Positions 1 to 10,989 of a stretch of DNA of 64,000 nucleotides are shown one piece after another (within the stretch, counting starts at the first letter, position 1; the number at the start of each line of letters is the position of its first letter). The DNA comes from Candidatus Woesearchaeota archaeon (lineage in GTDB: Archaea; Nanobdellota; Nanobdellia; Pacearchaeales; GW2011-AR1): NCBI GenBank assembly GCA_964576755.1, contig CAZNUV010000004.1, positions 740 through 64,739 of the forward strand, written 5' to 3'. Position numbers and translations under genes: made by a program. The notes under the pieces were generated by a model, which saw only the letters and a program-made list of their open reading frames with translations, made no database searches and had not been told where the DNA came from.

Positions 1-224
1 CTAAGGTTTTAGGATTAATGTTTAGAAAAAACTCCTCAGGTTTACTATTTGTTTTTAAAAAAAAGAGAAAAATTGATATTCATTCTTTTTTTTGTAAACC
101 TTTTCAAGCAATTTTTCTCGACGATAAAAATCGTGTTACTAAAAAAATAACTGTTAATCATTGGAAATTGAACATTTCTGGGTGGGGGAAATATTTATTA
201 GAAGTTCCTCTTAAAAAATATTAA
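1..224 (+). CDS. DUF192-family protein, C-terminal part (5' end outside window)
   Basis: The frame is open from the window edge (..KVLGLMFRK..). The GLMFR block and the ..AIFLDD.. and ..YLLEVP.. blocks resemble conserved DUF192 segments. Confidence 0.55.
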   Translation, partial: KVLGLMFRKNSSGLLFVFKKKRKIDIHSFFCKPFQAIFLDDKNRVTKKITVNHWKLNISGWGKYLLEVPLKKY

Positions 225-346
225 AATTACTCAAAGATATTCGAGGATTACTTATAAATGACAAACTCCCCGTCGATAGATTAACGAAACATTTAAATAC
301 AAAATTGTTCTATGAAAATTATACTTCTCACAAAGGAGGTGAAAAA

Positions 347-520
347 ATGGGAAAAGTTATTGCAAAGAGCGTGGTTGACAGAAAGCCAGGATATCTTTAC
401 TATGTTGACGGAAAAGGAAATGTATGTGAAGCTAAGATGGCTCGAGGCGGCAAGAAAAAGAAAGCTGCTAAGAAAAAACCAGCTAAAAAGAAAGCTGCTA
501 AAAAAAAGAAAAAAAGATAA
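347..520 (+). CDS. Small lysine-rich protein
   Basis: ATG at 347 is preceded by AAAGGAGGTG. Product MGKVIAKSVVDRKPGYLYYVDGKGNV.. has a poly-K/A tail. The overlapping ORF at 312-530 is the same low-complexity region read in another frame. Confidence 0.55.
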   Translation: MGKVIAKSVVDRKPGYLYYVDGKGNVCEAKMARGGKKKKAAKKKPAKKKAAKKKKKR

Positions 521-644
521 ACTTGATTAATATTTATTTTTTATTTTTTTATTGATTTTATCAGATTATTAAATTTTAAAAACTCATTATTACTTGTTGT
601 TTTATTACAACAATCTTTAAATAGAATTGTATGTTTTTTACATT

Positions 645-1019
645 ATGGGCAACTTTTCAGAATCTGTAGGGGGAGGTTCTAAGGCTCTTGAAGAACTTTT
701 TGATTTAATAGAAACAATGCATCCATTTTATGGTGTTGAGCCGAGTTATATGGAAAAGATAGACATTGGTGTATTAATGGAGAGGTATGAATGGATTTTA
801 AGAGATCATATTTATTCTCTTTCTCTTAAACCTCTTGTTAATGAAAAAGATAAATTTTTATTTTTATGCGGTCTTAGTGGGTTAAATCCTAATTATAATC
901 CTGGATACACTGATGAAAGAGAAGATGGTAGTATTTATTCAGGAAGAACAACAAAAATATCTGAAAAATTAGCCCTTTTTGAATTCGAGTTCTTACATAA
1001 TTTAGGGTATATTATTTAA
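645..1019 (+). CDS. Hypothetical protein
   Basis: Track ORF 627-1019 begins at TTG. The first in-frame ATG is at 645. No recognisable motifs. Confidence 0.45.
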   Translation: MGNFSESVGGGSKALEELFDLIETMHPFYGVEPSYMEKIDIGVLMERYEWILRDHIYSLSLKPLVNEKDKFLFLCGLSGLNPNYNPGYTDEREDGSIYSGRTTKISEKLALFEFEFLHNLGYII

Positions 1020-1040
1020 ATATAAAAATTATTTATTTCT

Positions 1041-2045
1041 ATGAAAAAGTATATCTTAGGAATAGAATCAACTGCACATACATTTGGGATTGCTATTCTT
1101 GATTTTAAAGGAAAGATTCTCTGTAATCTAAGAGAAATGTATACTACTGAAACCGGAGGTATAATTCCTATGGAATCTGCAAAACATCATTTAAAGATTG
1201 CTGATGATTTACTTTCTCGTGCTCTTGACAAGGCAGAAATAAAACAGGAACAAATTTCTGTGATTGCTATTTCAAATGCTCCAGGTCTTGCTCCTTGTTT
1301 ATTAGAAGGATTAAAATTTGCAAAAAAACTTTCAAAGAAACTTAGTGTGCCCCTTGTTGGTGTTAATCATTGTATTGCTCATCTTGAGATCGGAGAAATT
1401 ACTGGGGCACGTGACCCGGTTTTACTATATGCATCTGGTGCTAATACTCAGATAATTGCATATGAAGCAGGTAAGTATCGTGTTTTTGGTGAGACTCTTG
1501 ATTTAGGTGTTGGAAATTTTATTGATACCTTTGCACGACACGCAGGAATTGGTTTTCCGGGCGGACCCAAGATTCAGAAACTTGCAGAAGAGTGTAAAAA
1601 TAAATCTGAGCTAATTGAATTACCTTACTCAATTAAGGGAATGGATGTTTCTTTTGCAGGTTTGCAGACAAAATTAAAACAAATGCTTGATTCTAAAAAG
1701 TATTCAATTGAGCAATTATCTTACTCAATGCAAGAAACTGTCTTTGCAATGCTTGTAGAGGCTTCTGAACGGGCTCTGGCCCATACAGGTAAGAAAGAAC
1801 TCTTACTTGGCGGCGGTGTTGCTTGTAATTCTCGTCTTCAGGAAATGGCTCAGATTATGTGTAAAGAGCGTGGTGTTAAGTTTTTTTGTCCACCACGACC
1901 ACTATTGGTAGATAACGCTGCTATGATTGCTTATCTTGGTTTAAAGATGTTTAAAACAGGTTTAGGGGCTAGTCCTCAGGAGCTTGATAAGGTTGATATT
2001 GCTCCTCGTGAGAGGACTGATGATGTTCTTGTCAGTTGGAAGTAG
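1041..2045 (+). CDS. kae1: tRNA N6-adenosine threonylcarbamoyltransferase Kae1
   Basis: GIESTAHTFGIAI N-terminus, NHCIAHLE metal-binding His pair, GGGVACNSRL. 334 aa with no Bud32 fusion. Confidence 0.9.
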   Translation: MKKYILGIESTAHTFGIAILDFKGKILCNLREMYTTETGGIIPMESAKHHLKIADDLLSRALDKAEIKQEQISVIAISNAPGLAPCLLEGLKFAKKLSKKLSVPLVGVNHCIAHLEIGEITGARDPVLLYASGANTQIIAYEAGKYRVFGETLDLGVGNFIDTFARHAGIGFPGGPKIQKLAEECKNKSELIELPYSIKGMDVSFAGLQTKLKQMLDSKKYSIEQLSYSMQETVFAMLVEASERALAHTGKKELLLGGGVACNSRLQEMAQIMCKERGVKFFCPPRPLLVDNAAMIAYLGLKMFKTGLGASPQELDKVDIAPRERTDDVLVSWK

Positions 2046-2082
2046 GCAATAAATATATAAGTCTTTTTTTCTTTATTGAGAT

Positions 2083-2646
2083 ATGCCATTTAAAGATCTT
2101 AATCCTATTAAAAAATGGGCTTTTGTTGGGTTGATTTTAGGAATTTTTTTCATACTTTTTAATTCATCTTATCTTATTATTGCTCGTTATTCAGAGGCTT
2201 CATATTATTCTCAAGGAGAACTTGGATTTTTTGATTTTGATTTTTCTTCTGTAACAGCTGAATTAGTCTCCTTAGTTTTAGTTACATTTATTGTAATGTT
2301 TTGTCTATGTTTTTTAATAGGTTTTATTAGATACTTTTTACTTAGAAAGAATTTTTCTGAAAAAACTAATTGGGAAATTACCTTAGGAATTTTAGGGTTT
2401 ATTTTTGGATGTGCTTTTACATTTATTATGACTTCATTTACTGCAGGTTTTTCAGTAGGTACAACCTGGTACGAGGTACTTATTGAAAGTATTCTGGAAG
2501 GAGGAATTTATGGAATTCTCCAGATTATTGTAGTTTTAGTAGCCCCTACTCTTGTCCTTGGAATTCTTGGATTGATTATTGGATCAATAGTTGATTTTGT
2601 AAAAAAGGAAAAACAAGAAAAAATTGCAAATCAAGGTTCAACTTGA
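2083..2646 (+). CDS. Polytopic membrane protein
   Basis: 187 aa with several long hydrophobic segments. Confidence 0.55.
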   Translation: MPFKDLNPIKKWAFVGLILGIFFILFNSSYLIIARYSEASYYSQGELGFFDFDFSSVTAELVSLVLVTFIVMFCLCFLIGFIRYFLLRKNFSEKTNWEITLGILGFIFGCAFTFIMTSFTAGFSVGTTWYEVLIESILEGGIYGILQIIVVLVAPTLVLGILGLIIGSIVDFVKKEKQEKIANQGST

Positions 2647-2658
2647 AAATAATTTCTT

Positions 2659-2901
2659 TTATCTTTTAGAATATTTATTATAGGCACATAGAAATACAAT
2701 TGGAATTGCAATAATTCCCATACCTATTATTCCAGATAAAGGTCTGTGCATGTCTCCACTCCTTGCAGCGTAGAGCATAGGATCAAAAGTTTTTGAAGGA
2801 ACCTCAATTGTTGCAGTTCCAAGTGCGTTTGTCATCTGCTCTGTTCTAAATTCTTGGGACATATTTGTCCTTGAAATAATTTCTAATCCCATATAAAACA
2901 C
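2659..2901 (-). CDS. Small membrane protein
   Basis: 80 aa with a C-terminal hydrophobic helix (GIIGMGIIAIPIVFLCAY). Confidence 0.4.
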   Translation of the reverse strand: MFYMGLEIISRTNMSQEFRTEQMTNALGTATIEVPSKTFDPMLYAARSGDMHRPLSGIIGMGIIAIPIVFLCAYNKYSKR

Positions 2902-3065
2902 TTATTAGAATCATTTATAAGAATTTATATAATCAACTTAATAAGAAAACTTTATAAACCCAAATCTCAAACTAATAATACCAATGACCGTACGGGAGGG
3001 CAAAATTCTTCTTTAGGTTATTAGTAGGTAAAAAATAAAACTAAATTAAATAAAACAAAAATAAA

Positions 3066-3368
3066 ATGGCAGATGTTTATAGTGTGATTGAAAAAGCAAA
3101 AAAAACTGGCAAGGTAGAACGTGGTATAAACGAAGTTACAAAAGCTGTTGAAAGAGGGACTGCAAAATTAGTTGTAGTAGCTGCAGATGTTGAACCAAAA
3201 GAATTAACACAACACATACCAATTCTTTGTCAAGAAAAAGGAATCAAATTTATTGAAGCTGATTCAAAACAAAAATTAGGTATTTCAGCTGGGATCAATG
3301 TTTCATGCTCTGGAGTGGCAGTTATTGAAGCTGGTGATGCTGAAAAAGAAATTGCAGCTTTGAAATAA
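3066..3368 (+). CDS. rpl7ae: Ribosomal protein L7Ae
   Basis: ..GINEVTKAVERGTAKLVVVAADVEP..HIPILCQEKGIKF.. is the typical L7Ae/L30e fold signature. It is first in the archaeal L7Ae-S28e-L24e cluster. Confidence 0.88.
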   Translation: MADVYSVIEKAKKTGKVERGINEVTKAVERGTAKLVVVAADVEPKELTQHIPILCQEKGIKFIEADSKQKLGISAGINVSCSGVAVIEAGDAEKEIAALK

Positions 3369-3397
3369 ATTTTAATTATCTACCATAATTAAACAAA

Positions 3398-3691
3398 ATG
3401 GCAAAACAGCAAAAAGTACAAGAAAAGAAAACTTCTGGATCAAAAGGTTCTGAAAAATTAACAGAAGGCGGAGCTGTGCCTGCAGTTGTTGAATTAATCG
3501 TTGGAAGAACAGGAACTCGTGGGGAAATAACCCAGGTTAAATGCAGGGTTCTTCAAGGAAGAAACATGGGAAAACAATTAAGAAGAAACGTTTTAGGTCC
3601 TGTTAAAAAAAGAGATATTCTGATGTTAAGAGAAACAGAAATTGAAGCTAGAAGATTAAGAGGTAAGATTTCAAAAGGAGCGTTTAGTTAA
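3398..3691 (+). CDS. rps28e: Ribosomal protein S28e (with K/G-rich N-terminal extension)
   Basis: ..[60 protein letters not shown].. matches the S28e core. Confidence 0.88.
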   Translation: MAKQQKVQEKKTSGSKGSEKLTEGGAVPAVVELIVGRTGTRGEITQVKCRVLQGRNMGKQLRRNVLGPVKKRDILMLRETEIEARRLRGKISKGAFS

Positions 3692-3692
3692 A

Positions 3693-3869
3693 ATGCCAAG
3701 ATGTACATTTTGTAAACAAGATTATGAATTTCCAAAAGGAGTAACAGTTGTCCAAAAATCTGGAGATATAAAATTCTATTGCTCTAGTAAATGCAGAAAA
3801 AATGCAGAAATGGGCCGTGATAATAGAAAAGTTAAGTGGGTTAAGAAGGTCAAGAAAGAGAAAAAATAG
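3693..3869 (+). CDS. rpl24e: Ribosomal protein L24e (not in the ORF track, 58 aa)
   Basis: Hand translation gives MPRCTFCKQDYEFPKGVTVVQKSGDIKFYCSSKCRKNAEMGRDNRKVKWVKKVKKEKK, with a C-x2-C..C-x3-C zinc knuckle. The ATG lies 2 nt after the S28e stop. Confidence 0.85.
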   Translation: MPRCTFCKQDYEFPKGVTVVQKSGDIKFYCSSKCRKNAEMGRDNRKVKWVKKVKKEKK

Positions 3870-4073
3870 GTCATTTTTACAAATTCTTCAAAACAGCAAA
3901 AATACTGTTAAATTTATCTGAAAAAATATTTTATCGACGATAAAATGGCAGAAAGCTTTATAAATGCTGTTTCTTTTTTTATTATATCAAGATAAATTAG
4001 AGACAAACTTTCTCTCTAAAATTTGATCAAATTTCAATAAAACTAAAAGAGAATTAATTGAAAATACCCAAAA

Positions 4074-5990
4074 ATGGCTGAAAAACAAACCCCAAAAACA
4101 AGTGCAAATTTAGACTATTCTGCAAAAGACATTAAAGTACTTGAGGGATTAGAGGGTGTTAGAAAAAGGCCTGCAATGTATATCGGAAGTACTGGAAAAG
4201 AAGGTTTACATCATCTGGTATATGAAGTAATGGATAATTCTGTTGATGAATGTCTTGCAGGAGTTTGTAATATGATTAATATTACTCTAAATAAAGATGG
4301 TTCTGTAACAATTGAGGATAATGGTCGTGGTATGCCTGTTGATATCCATCCAGTCTATAAAAAACCTGCAATGGAGATCATTGTAACAAGACTTCATGCT
4401 GGAGGAAAATTTGACAATAAAGCTTATGCTGTTTCTGGTGGTCTTCATGGTGTTGGTATTTCTGTAGTAGCGGCTTTATCAAAACATATGAGAGTTGAAG
4501 TGAAAAAAGATGGCCAGATTTATATGCAAGAGTATAGTATTGGAAAACCATTAGCAAAAGTAAAAACAATTGGAAAATGTGAAAAATCAATAACCGGAAC
4601 AAAAGTTATTTTTACTCCAGATGATACAATCTTCTCAACAACTAATTTTGATTTTAATACTCTTTCAGTAAGATTTAGAGAAGTCTGTTTTTTAAATGCA
4701 GGACTGAGAATATTATTCAAAGATGAAAGAACAGGAAAAAAAGAAGACTTTCATTATGCAGGCGGTTTAGTTGAATTTGTGAAATGGTTAAATAAGGCTA
4801 GAAATACGATACATAAACCTATTTATTTTAAAAAACAACATCAAGATACTGTAATAGAAGCTTCAATTCAATATACCGAAGGTTATAATGAGAATATTCA
4901 TGGTTTTGTAAATACAATTAACACAATTGAAGGCGGAACCCATGTTTCTGGTTTTAAAACAGCTTTAACAAGAGTAATAAATGATTATGCAACAAAAAAT
5001 AATATTCTAAAAAAACAGGAAAAATTACAAGGAGATGATGTTAGAGAAGGTTTAACTGCAATAATCTCTCTTAGATTGAAGGAACCTCAATTTGAAGGCC
5101 AGACAAAAACAAAACTAGGAAATTCAGAATTAAAAGGAATTGTTGATTCTATTGCAACAACTGCTCTTGCAGAATTTTTTGAGGAAAATCCCGCTATTGC
5201 AAAAAAAATTGCACAAAAATCTAGTTCTGCATTAAAAGCAAGAGAGGCTGCTAGAAAAGCAAAAGAATTAGTAAGGAGAAAAACAGCTTTTGGTGGAAGT
5301 GGGCTTCCAGGAAAACTTTCAGATTGTTCAAGTAAAAAGAAAGAAAAAACAGAATTATATATTGTTGAAGGACAATCTGCAGGAGGAACAGCTAAAGGTG
5401 CTAGAGATAAAGAATTTCAGGCAATTTTACCATTAAAGGGTAAAATTCTAAATGTAGAAAAATCTAATCCTGCTAAGGCCTTATCAAGTGAAGAAATTGC
5501 AAATCTAATCACTGCTATGGGCACTGGTGTCGGGGAAAGTTTTGATATTTCAAAATTAAGATATAACAAAATAATTATTATGACTGATGCAGACGTGGAT
5601 GGACAGCATATTAAGACTTTATTATTGACTTTGTTCTATAGATATACCCCCCAGCTTGTTGAAGCAGGAAATATTTTTGTTGCAGTTGCTCCATTGTATA
5701 AAATTAAGAAAGGTGGCAAAGACCATTATGTTTATTCTGATGAAGAATTAAAAAAGAAATTAGAAAAAGTAGGTAAGGGAGATGTTCAAAGGTTTAAAGG
5801 TCTTGGAGAAATGAATGATAGTCAGTTGTGGGATACAACAATGAATCCAAAAACAAGAATCTTAAAACAGATTACAATTGAAGATGCTGTTGAGGCTGAT
5901 GAAACTTTCTCAATTTTAATGGGAGATGCTGTTGAACCAAGAAGAAAGTTTATTGAAGAAAATTCTAAGGAGGCTGATTTAGATTTATAA
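4074..5990 (+). CDS. gyrB: DNA gyrase subunit B
   Basis: GLHHLVYEVMDNSVDE (GHKL ATPase), GGLHGVG, Toprim EGQSAGG and IMTDADVDGQHI. 638 aa. Confidence 0.95.
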   Translation: MAEKQTPKTSANLDYSAKDIKVLEGLEGVRKRPAMYIGSTGKEGLHHLVYEVMDNSVDECLAGVCNMINITLNKDGSVTIEDNGRGMPVDIHPVYKKPAMEIIVTRLHAGGKFDNKAYAVSGGLHGVGISVVAALSKHMRVEVKKDGQIYMQEYSIGKPLAKVKTIGKCEKSITGTKVIFTPDDTIFSTTNFDFNTLSVRFREVCFLNAGLRILFKDERTGKKEDFHYAGGLVEFVKWLNKARNTIHKPIYFKKQHQDTVIEASIQYTEGYNENIHGFVNTINTIEGGTHVSGFKTALTRVINDYATKNNILKKQEKLQGDDVREGLTAIISLRLKEPQFEGQTKTKLGNSELKGIVDSIATTALAEFFEENPAIAKKIAQKSSSALKAREAARKAKELVRRKTAFGGSGLPGKLSDCSSKKKEKTELYIVEGQSAGGTAKGARDKEFQAILPLKGKILNVEKSNPAKALSSEEIANLITAMGTGVGESFDISKLRYNKIIIMTDADVDGQHIKTLLLTLFYRYTPQLVEAGNIFVAVAPLYKIKKGGKDHYVYSDEELKKKLEKVGKGDVQRFKGLGEMNDSQLWDTTMNPKTRILKQITIEDAVEADETFSILMGDAVEPRRKFIEENSKEADLDL

Positions 5991-5991
5991 A

Positions 5992-6252
5992 ATGGCAAAG
6001 AAGAAAGCAGATAAAAAACCCCTAAAAAAATCCAAGGAAATAAAAGTTTTTTTTTGCCCTAGATGCAAGTCCACTAATGTAGGATTTATATTGGGCTGGA
6101 AAAATATCTTTGGAGTATTACCAAGAATGAAGTGTAAGAAATGCGGATTAGAAGAAAGAGCATTCCCAATAATGGTTGTAGATGTTGATAAATTAGATAA
6201 ACTTGATAAAAAAGTTCAAAATAAAAAAATATTAAGGAGAAAGAAAAAATGA
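5992..6252 (+). CDS. Small basic zinc-ribbon protein
   Basis: CPRCKS..(24)..CKKCG, with K-rich termini. The ATG is 1 nt after the gyrB stop. Confidence 0.55.
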   Translation: MAKKKADKKPLKKSKEIKVFFCPRCKSTNVGFILGWKNIFGVLPRMKCKKCGLEERAFPIMVVDVDKLDKLDKKVQNKKILRRKKK

Positions 6253-6533
6253 GATTTTTTTGTTCTAAAAAACAAATTCCTTCAGATTTTAAAATAAAAA
6301 GTTTAGATGATCTTGAAAAAGCCCGTATAATTCTTAGGAAACAATTTAGAAAAGGAAAAATAACCTGTATGGACTATAATAACTATTCAAGAGAGTCTCA
6401 TTCTAGCTGGAATTATTATCCTGAATCTAACCTATCTAGCGAGAGAAAAAAATTTGAAGAATGTTTTGAGACAATTATCCAAGATATTAAAAGAAATGGT
6501 TCTAAAATAAACATAAGGTTATCTTACAGATAA
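6249..6533 (+). CDS. Hypothetical protein
   Basis: 94 aa. It overlaps the upstream stop by 4 nt (ATGA), and its stop is 1 nt before the gyrA ATG. Confidence 0.45.
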   Translation: MRFFCSKKQIPSDFKIKSLDDLEKARIILRKQFRKGKITCMDYNNYSRESHSSWNYYPESNLSSERKKFEECFETIIQDIKRNGSKINIRLSYR

Positions 6534-6534
6534 A

Positions 6535-9042
6535 ATGACTCCAGAAGAACAAGAAAAACAAAAACAAGATCTCAACATGAAGAGAGAAGAAATGAGAAAA
6601 GAAATAGAAGCAAAACAATTAATTGATGCTGAAATATCTGGGGAAATGAGAAAAGCATACATAGACTATGCTATGTCTGTAATTGTTGCTCGTGCTCTCC
6701 CATCTGTTGAAGATGGATTAAAACCAGTTCATCGTCGTATTTTATGGGCAATGCATTTAATGGGTTTAGAAGCTGGAAAACAAACTAAAAAATCTGCAAG
6801 AATTGTAGGGGACGTTTTAGGTAAATTCCATCCGCATGGAGACACTGCTGTTTATGATGCTATGGTTAGAATGGCTCAGGATTTTTCTTTACGTTATCCT
6901 TTAGTAAAGGGCCAAGGTAATTTTGGTTCTATGGATGGTGACCCTCCTGCTGCAATGAGATATACAGAAGCAAAAATGGAAAAGATTTCTGAAGAAATCT
7001 TACAAGATATAGAGAAAAAAACAGTTAAAATGCTTCCTAATTTTGATAATAGTTTAGAAGAACCAGAAATAATGCCTGGAAAAATTCCAAATTTATTATT
7101 AAACGGAGGTTCTGGAATTGCTGTTGGAATGGCCACAAATCTTCCGCCACATAATTTAAATGATACTTGCGATGCTATTTTAGAATATGTAGATAATCCT
7201 GAAATTTCTATAGAAAAATTAATTGAAAAAATCCAGGCCCCTGATTTTCCAACAGGCGGTTCTGTGACTGGAGATATTGAACAGATTTATAAGACAGGCC
7301 GTGGTAGACTTGTTCTACGTGGGAAAACAGAGATAGAAGAAAGAAATAAAACAAGCATAATTATCACAGAAATACCTTACCAAGTTAATAAGGCTTCTCT
7401 AGTGGTTGAAATTGCAAATCTTGTTAGAGATAAAAAACTACCAGATGTTTCTGATTTAAGAGATGAGAGTGCAAAAGGAAAGGTTAGAATTGTAATTGAA
7501 TTAAGAAAGGGAGCGGATTCTAAATTTACATTAAATAGGTTGTATAAATATACAAAACTTCAGACAAGATTTGATGCAATTATGCTAGCCTTAGCGAATG
7601 GACACCCTGAATTAATGAACTTAAAAAAGATAATAAAATATTATGTTGATTATAGAAGAAAAATCATAAGGAAAAGAACTGAATTTGATTTAAACAAAGC
7701 TGAAAAAAGACTACATATTGTTCTTGGTCTTTTAATAGCACAGAAAAATATTGATGAAGTTATTAAATTAATTAAAAAATCTAAGTCAACTACAGAAGCA
7801 TCTCAAAATTTACAATCAAAATTTTCATTAAGTTTAGAACAGACAAAAGCAATTTTAGAGATAAGATTACAACAATTAACTTCTCTTGAATTTGATAAAT
7901 TAAAAAAAGAAGAAGCAGATTTGAAAAAAACAATAGACGAATTAAAGAAAATCCTTGGTGATGAAAAAGAAATATTAAAACTGATTAAGAAGGATTTAAA
8001 TGAATTAAAAAAGAATTATGGTGACAATAGAAGAACAAAGATCCTTAATAGTGTTAAAGAATTTAAAGAACAAGATTTAGTAGATAAAAAAGAAGTAGTT
8101 ATAACTATTACAGATAAGGGTTATGCTAAAAGAATTGATTTAAAACAATATAAAGAACAAAATCGGGGTGGTAGGGGGGTTATTGGAACAGAATTAGCAA
8201 CAGGAGATTTTGTTAAAGAGCTATTAACTTGTTCTACTCATGATTATCTTTTGTTTTTTACAGATAAAGGAAAGGTTCATTGGTTAAAGTCTTATGAGAT
8301 TCCTGAAATTGCAAAATATGGTAAGGGAAAAGCATTAGTTAATTTGCTCTCTTTAAAAAATGAAGTTGTTTCATCTGTCATTGCTGTAAAGAAATTTGAA
8401 GATTATTTATTAATGGCTACTAAAAGAGGTCAAATAAAAAAGATAAAACTCTCTGAATTTGATTCTCCTAGGAAAGGTGGTATAAAAGCAATGAATCTGG
8501 AAGGCAGAGATGATGTTTTAATTTCAGTTAAACCTGTAAAAGATAAACAAGAAGTTTTATTTGTTTCGAAACTTGGACAAGCCTGTAGGTTTAATTCAAA
8601 TCAAGTTAGAGCAATGGGTCGTTCAAGTTATGGCGTTGCAGGTATTAAGCTTGGTAAGAATGATGAGGTTGTTTCTTTAGAAGTTCTTCCAGAGGGAAAA
8701 GATCAAGAGGGTTTTTCAATTTTAACTATTACTAAAAATGGTTATGGAAAGAGAACTAAGATTTCTGATTATAGATTAACATCTCGGGCTAGTAAGGGTG
8801 TTATCAATATTAAAGTTTCAGATAAAACAGGAGAAGTTATCACAAGTCAATCTGTAAAAGAAGGTGATACAATTATTGTTACAACAGCAAAAGGAATAGT
8901 CATTCGAACAACTACAAAAAACATTAGAGTGATGGGTCGAGCTACTCAAGGTGTAAGAATAATCAAGCTCCAACAAGGAGACAGTGTTACAGATTTAGTT
9001 AGTGTTCCTGTTCTTGAAAATGCTTTGAATGGTTCTGAATAG
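6535..9042 (+). CDS. gyrA: DNA gyrase subunit A
   Basis: [27 protein letters not shown] (active-site Tyr) and C-terminal beta-pinwheel repeats. 835 aa. Confidence 0.95.
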   Translation: MTPEEQEKQKQDLNMKREEMRKEIEAKQLIDAEISGEMRKAYIDYAMSVIVARALPSVEDGLKPVHRRILWAMHLMGLEAGKQTKKSARIVGDVLGKFHPHGDTAVYDAMVRMAQDFSLRYPLVKGQGNFGSMDGDPPAAMRYTEAKMEKISEEILQDIEKKTVKMLPNFDNSLEEPEIMPGKIPNLLLNGGSGIAVGMATNLPPHNLNDTCDAILEYVDNPEISIEKLIEKIQAPDFPTGGSVTGDIEQIYKTGRGRLVLRGKTEIEERNKTSIIITEIPYQVNKASLVVEIANLVRDKKLPDVSDLRDESAKGKVRIVIELRKGADSKFTLNRLYKYTKLQTRFDAIMLALANGHPELMNLKKIIKYYVDYRRKIIRKRTEFDLNKAEKRLHIVLGLLIAQKNIDEVIKLIKKSKSTTEASQNLQSKFSLSLEQTKAILEIRLQQLTSLEFDKLKKEEADLKKTIDELKKILGDEKEILKLIKKDLNELKKNYGDNRRTKILNSVKEFKEQDLVDKKEVVITITDKGYAKRIDLKQYKEQNRGGRGVIGTELATGDFVKELLTCSTHDYLLFFTDKGKVHWLKSYEIPEIAKYGKGKALVNLLSLKNEVVSSVIAVKKFEDYLLMATKRGQIKKIKLSEFDSPRKGGIKAMNLEGRDDVLISVKPVKDKQEVLFVSKLGQACRFNSNQVRAMGRSSYGVAGIKLGKNDEVVSLEVLPEGKDQEGFSILTITKNGYGKRTKISDYRLTSRASKGVINIKVSDKTGEVITSQSVKEGDTIIVTTAKGIVIRTTTKNIRVMGRATQGVRIIKLQQGDSVTDLVSVPVLENALNGSE

Positions 9043-9079
9043 TGGTGAGTAAAAATTAATTATTTTAAAAAGAATCCAG

Positions 9080-9607
9080 TTATAAAATATCTTTTTCAGT
9101 TATCTTTTTTTCTTCTTTTTCTGGGAAAAATGTCAGATATAGACTATGTAGTGCTGATTTTTTTGGCGTTTTGTCTTGAACTTGTTTCTTTTTATGTTTT
9201 TTTACTTCTTCTTTTTCAAATACTTTACTCCAAGAGATATTTATCATAACATCAATTATATAACCAATTAACAAATAGACGATAGAATCAATTATTAATC
9301 CTCCCCATCGGATTATTGAAATATTATCTGGGACTTCTTCTGCATCCATATTCAATTGAAAAAAAGGAACAGGCCATCCAATGTTTATTTCAAAATTTAA
9401 ATTTCCAGAAAACAGAGAATCCATGGGTATATGGGTGAAACCTAAAATTAAAACTAAAATGAAAAGAACTTCAAAAACAAACATTGTTTTCTGGGTAGGG
9501 ATAAGTTCTTTTGGAAATTTTACTTTTACTAATTTTTTTCCTAATCCTTTTTCATTAGGATTATTACTGTTGATTTGAGAATTATTATCACCTACAAATT
9601 TTTCCAT
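9080..9607 (-). CDS. Membrane protein
   Basis: 175 aa with two hydrophobic helices and a K/E-rich tail. Confidence 0.45.
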   Translation of the reverse strand: MEKFVGDNNSQINSNNPNEKGLGKKLVKVKFPKELIPTQKTMFVFEVLFILVLILGFTHIPMDSLFSGNLNFEINIGWPVPFFQLNMDAEEVPDNISIIRWGGLIIDSIVYLLIGYIIDVMINISWSKVFEKEEVKKHKKKQVQDKTPKKSALHSLYLTFFPEKEEKKITEKDIL

Positions 9608-9672
9608 AATTATCTATATTTTCAATAGTTATAAATTTTATCAATTTGAAATATAAAAAATAAATCGGCAGT

Positions 9673-10920
9673 TTAAAGAATCTCTCCAAATCCAATTAAT
9701 CTCCAGTGTCCACGAATATTTCTTGCAATCCCCAAGGTTTCTCCTTTTAATGGAACTATGGGAATTTTAAGGGCTAATTCTGCTTCATCTTTCGTTGGGT
9801 TTATCTTATGGACTTGACCGACAGTTGTTGAGGTATTTACACTTAACATTAATAATTCAGTAGTTTTAATCGGTTCTATTTTTTCATGTTTACCTGTTCC
9901 AAAAATCTCTTTGAATAATGTGAATTTTATTTGAATGTTGTCTGTTATGTCTTCTAAATTTCCTTCTGTTGAAAGGATACAACCTGAAAGAGCATCTGCT
10001 TTTGTTAAACTAGGATCTAATCCTGTTTCAATTGCAAGACTTCCGCCAGGGGTTGCTTGAGTTATAGAATATTCCCCCTTTTTCATAGATATTATTTTTG
10101 ATTTAACAGTTTTGTAGTGATACTGTTTCTGTTTTTGATAACTATACCCTGGTTTAATCTCAATTGTATCTCCAACGTTTAGTGTTCCTTGCTTTAAAGC
10201 TCCACCAAGAACACCTCCATGAAGTTTTTCAAGTTCTGTTCCTGGTCTATTTATATCAAAACTTCTTGCCACAAAAAATAGGGGTTTCTTTTTTTCATCT
10301 TTTTTTTCTACAACTATTTTACAAAGTTGTTCTAAAATATTTTCTATATTAATCCCTTGCTGTGCAGATATTGGAATTATTGGTGCATTTTCTGCGATTG
10401 TTCCTTTTACAAATTCTTGAATTTGTTTATAATTTTTTATTGCATCTTCTTTTGAAACTAAATCTATTTTATTTTGTGCAATAATTATATTCTTGATATT
10501 TTTAACCTTTAAAGCAACTAGATGTTCTTTGGTTTGGGGTTTTATTCCTTCATTCGCAGCAATAACAAGAATTGCCGCGTCCATAATTGCTGCGCCAGAA
10601 AGCATTGTTGCCATAAGCATCTCATGTCCTGGAGCATCTACAAAAGTGATATATTTTATTGGTGTACCCTTACTATTTTTGTCTACTGTTAGTTTATCTT
10701 TTTCTTGTTTGACTATGGCATCTGCATAACCAAGTTTTATTGTAATTCCTCTTTTCAATTCTTCAGAATGTGTATCTGCCCATTTTCCAGATAATTTGTA
10801 CAACAAAGTTGTCTTTCCATGATCAATATGTCCCACTATGCCGACATTTATTGTTGGTAGTTTTGAAAAATCTATTGCTTTTTGTTCTGATATTTCTTTT
10901 GCTTCATTAGTTTTTTCCAT
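9673..10920 (-). CDS. eif2g: Translation initiation factor aIF2 gamma subunit
   Basis: GIVGHIDHGKTTL, DAPGHE and QNKIDL GTPase motifs. 415 aa, with EF-Tu-like domains II/III. Confidence 0.9.
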   Translation of the reverse strand: MEKTNEAKEISEQKAIDFSKLPTINVGIVGHIDHGKTTLLYKLSGKWADTHSEELKRGITIKLGYADAIVKQEKDKLTVDKNSKGTPIKYITFVDAPGHEMLMATMLSGAAIMDAAILVIAANEGIKPQTKEHLVALKVKNIKNIIIAQNKIDLVSKEDAIKNYKQIQEFVKGTIAENAPIIPISAQQGINIENILEQLCKIVVEKKDEKKKPLFFVARSFDINRPGTELEKLHGGVLGGALKQGTLNVGDTIEIKPGYSYQKQKQYHYKTVKSKIISMKKGEYSITQATPGGSLAIETGLDPSLTKADALSGCILSTEGNLEDITDNIQIKFTLFKEIFGTGKHEKIEPIKTTELLMLSVNTSTTVGQVHKINPTKDEAELALKIPIVPLKGETLGIARNIRGHWRLIGFGEIL

Positions 10921-10989
10921 ATAATTCCATAGAATTAGTGTTTTAAAAGGTTATGTTAGATTTTTGTGATGTTGCTCCTAATTAAGATT

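Noticed and set aside
312-530. Alternative-frame 72-aa ORF over the lysine-rich gene
   Set aside because: It is the same AAG/AAA-rich DNA read in another frame. The frame with the GGAGG-preceded ATG at 347 was preferred. The choice is not certain.
4378-4720. Antisense ORFs within gyrB, and similar ones within gyrA, aIF2-gamma, the integrase, the VirB4-like gene and others
   Set aside because: They are embedded in well-supported conserved genes on the opposite strand, and their products are low-complexity.
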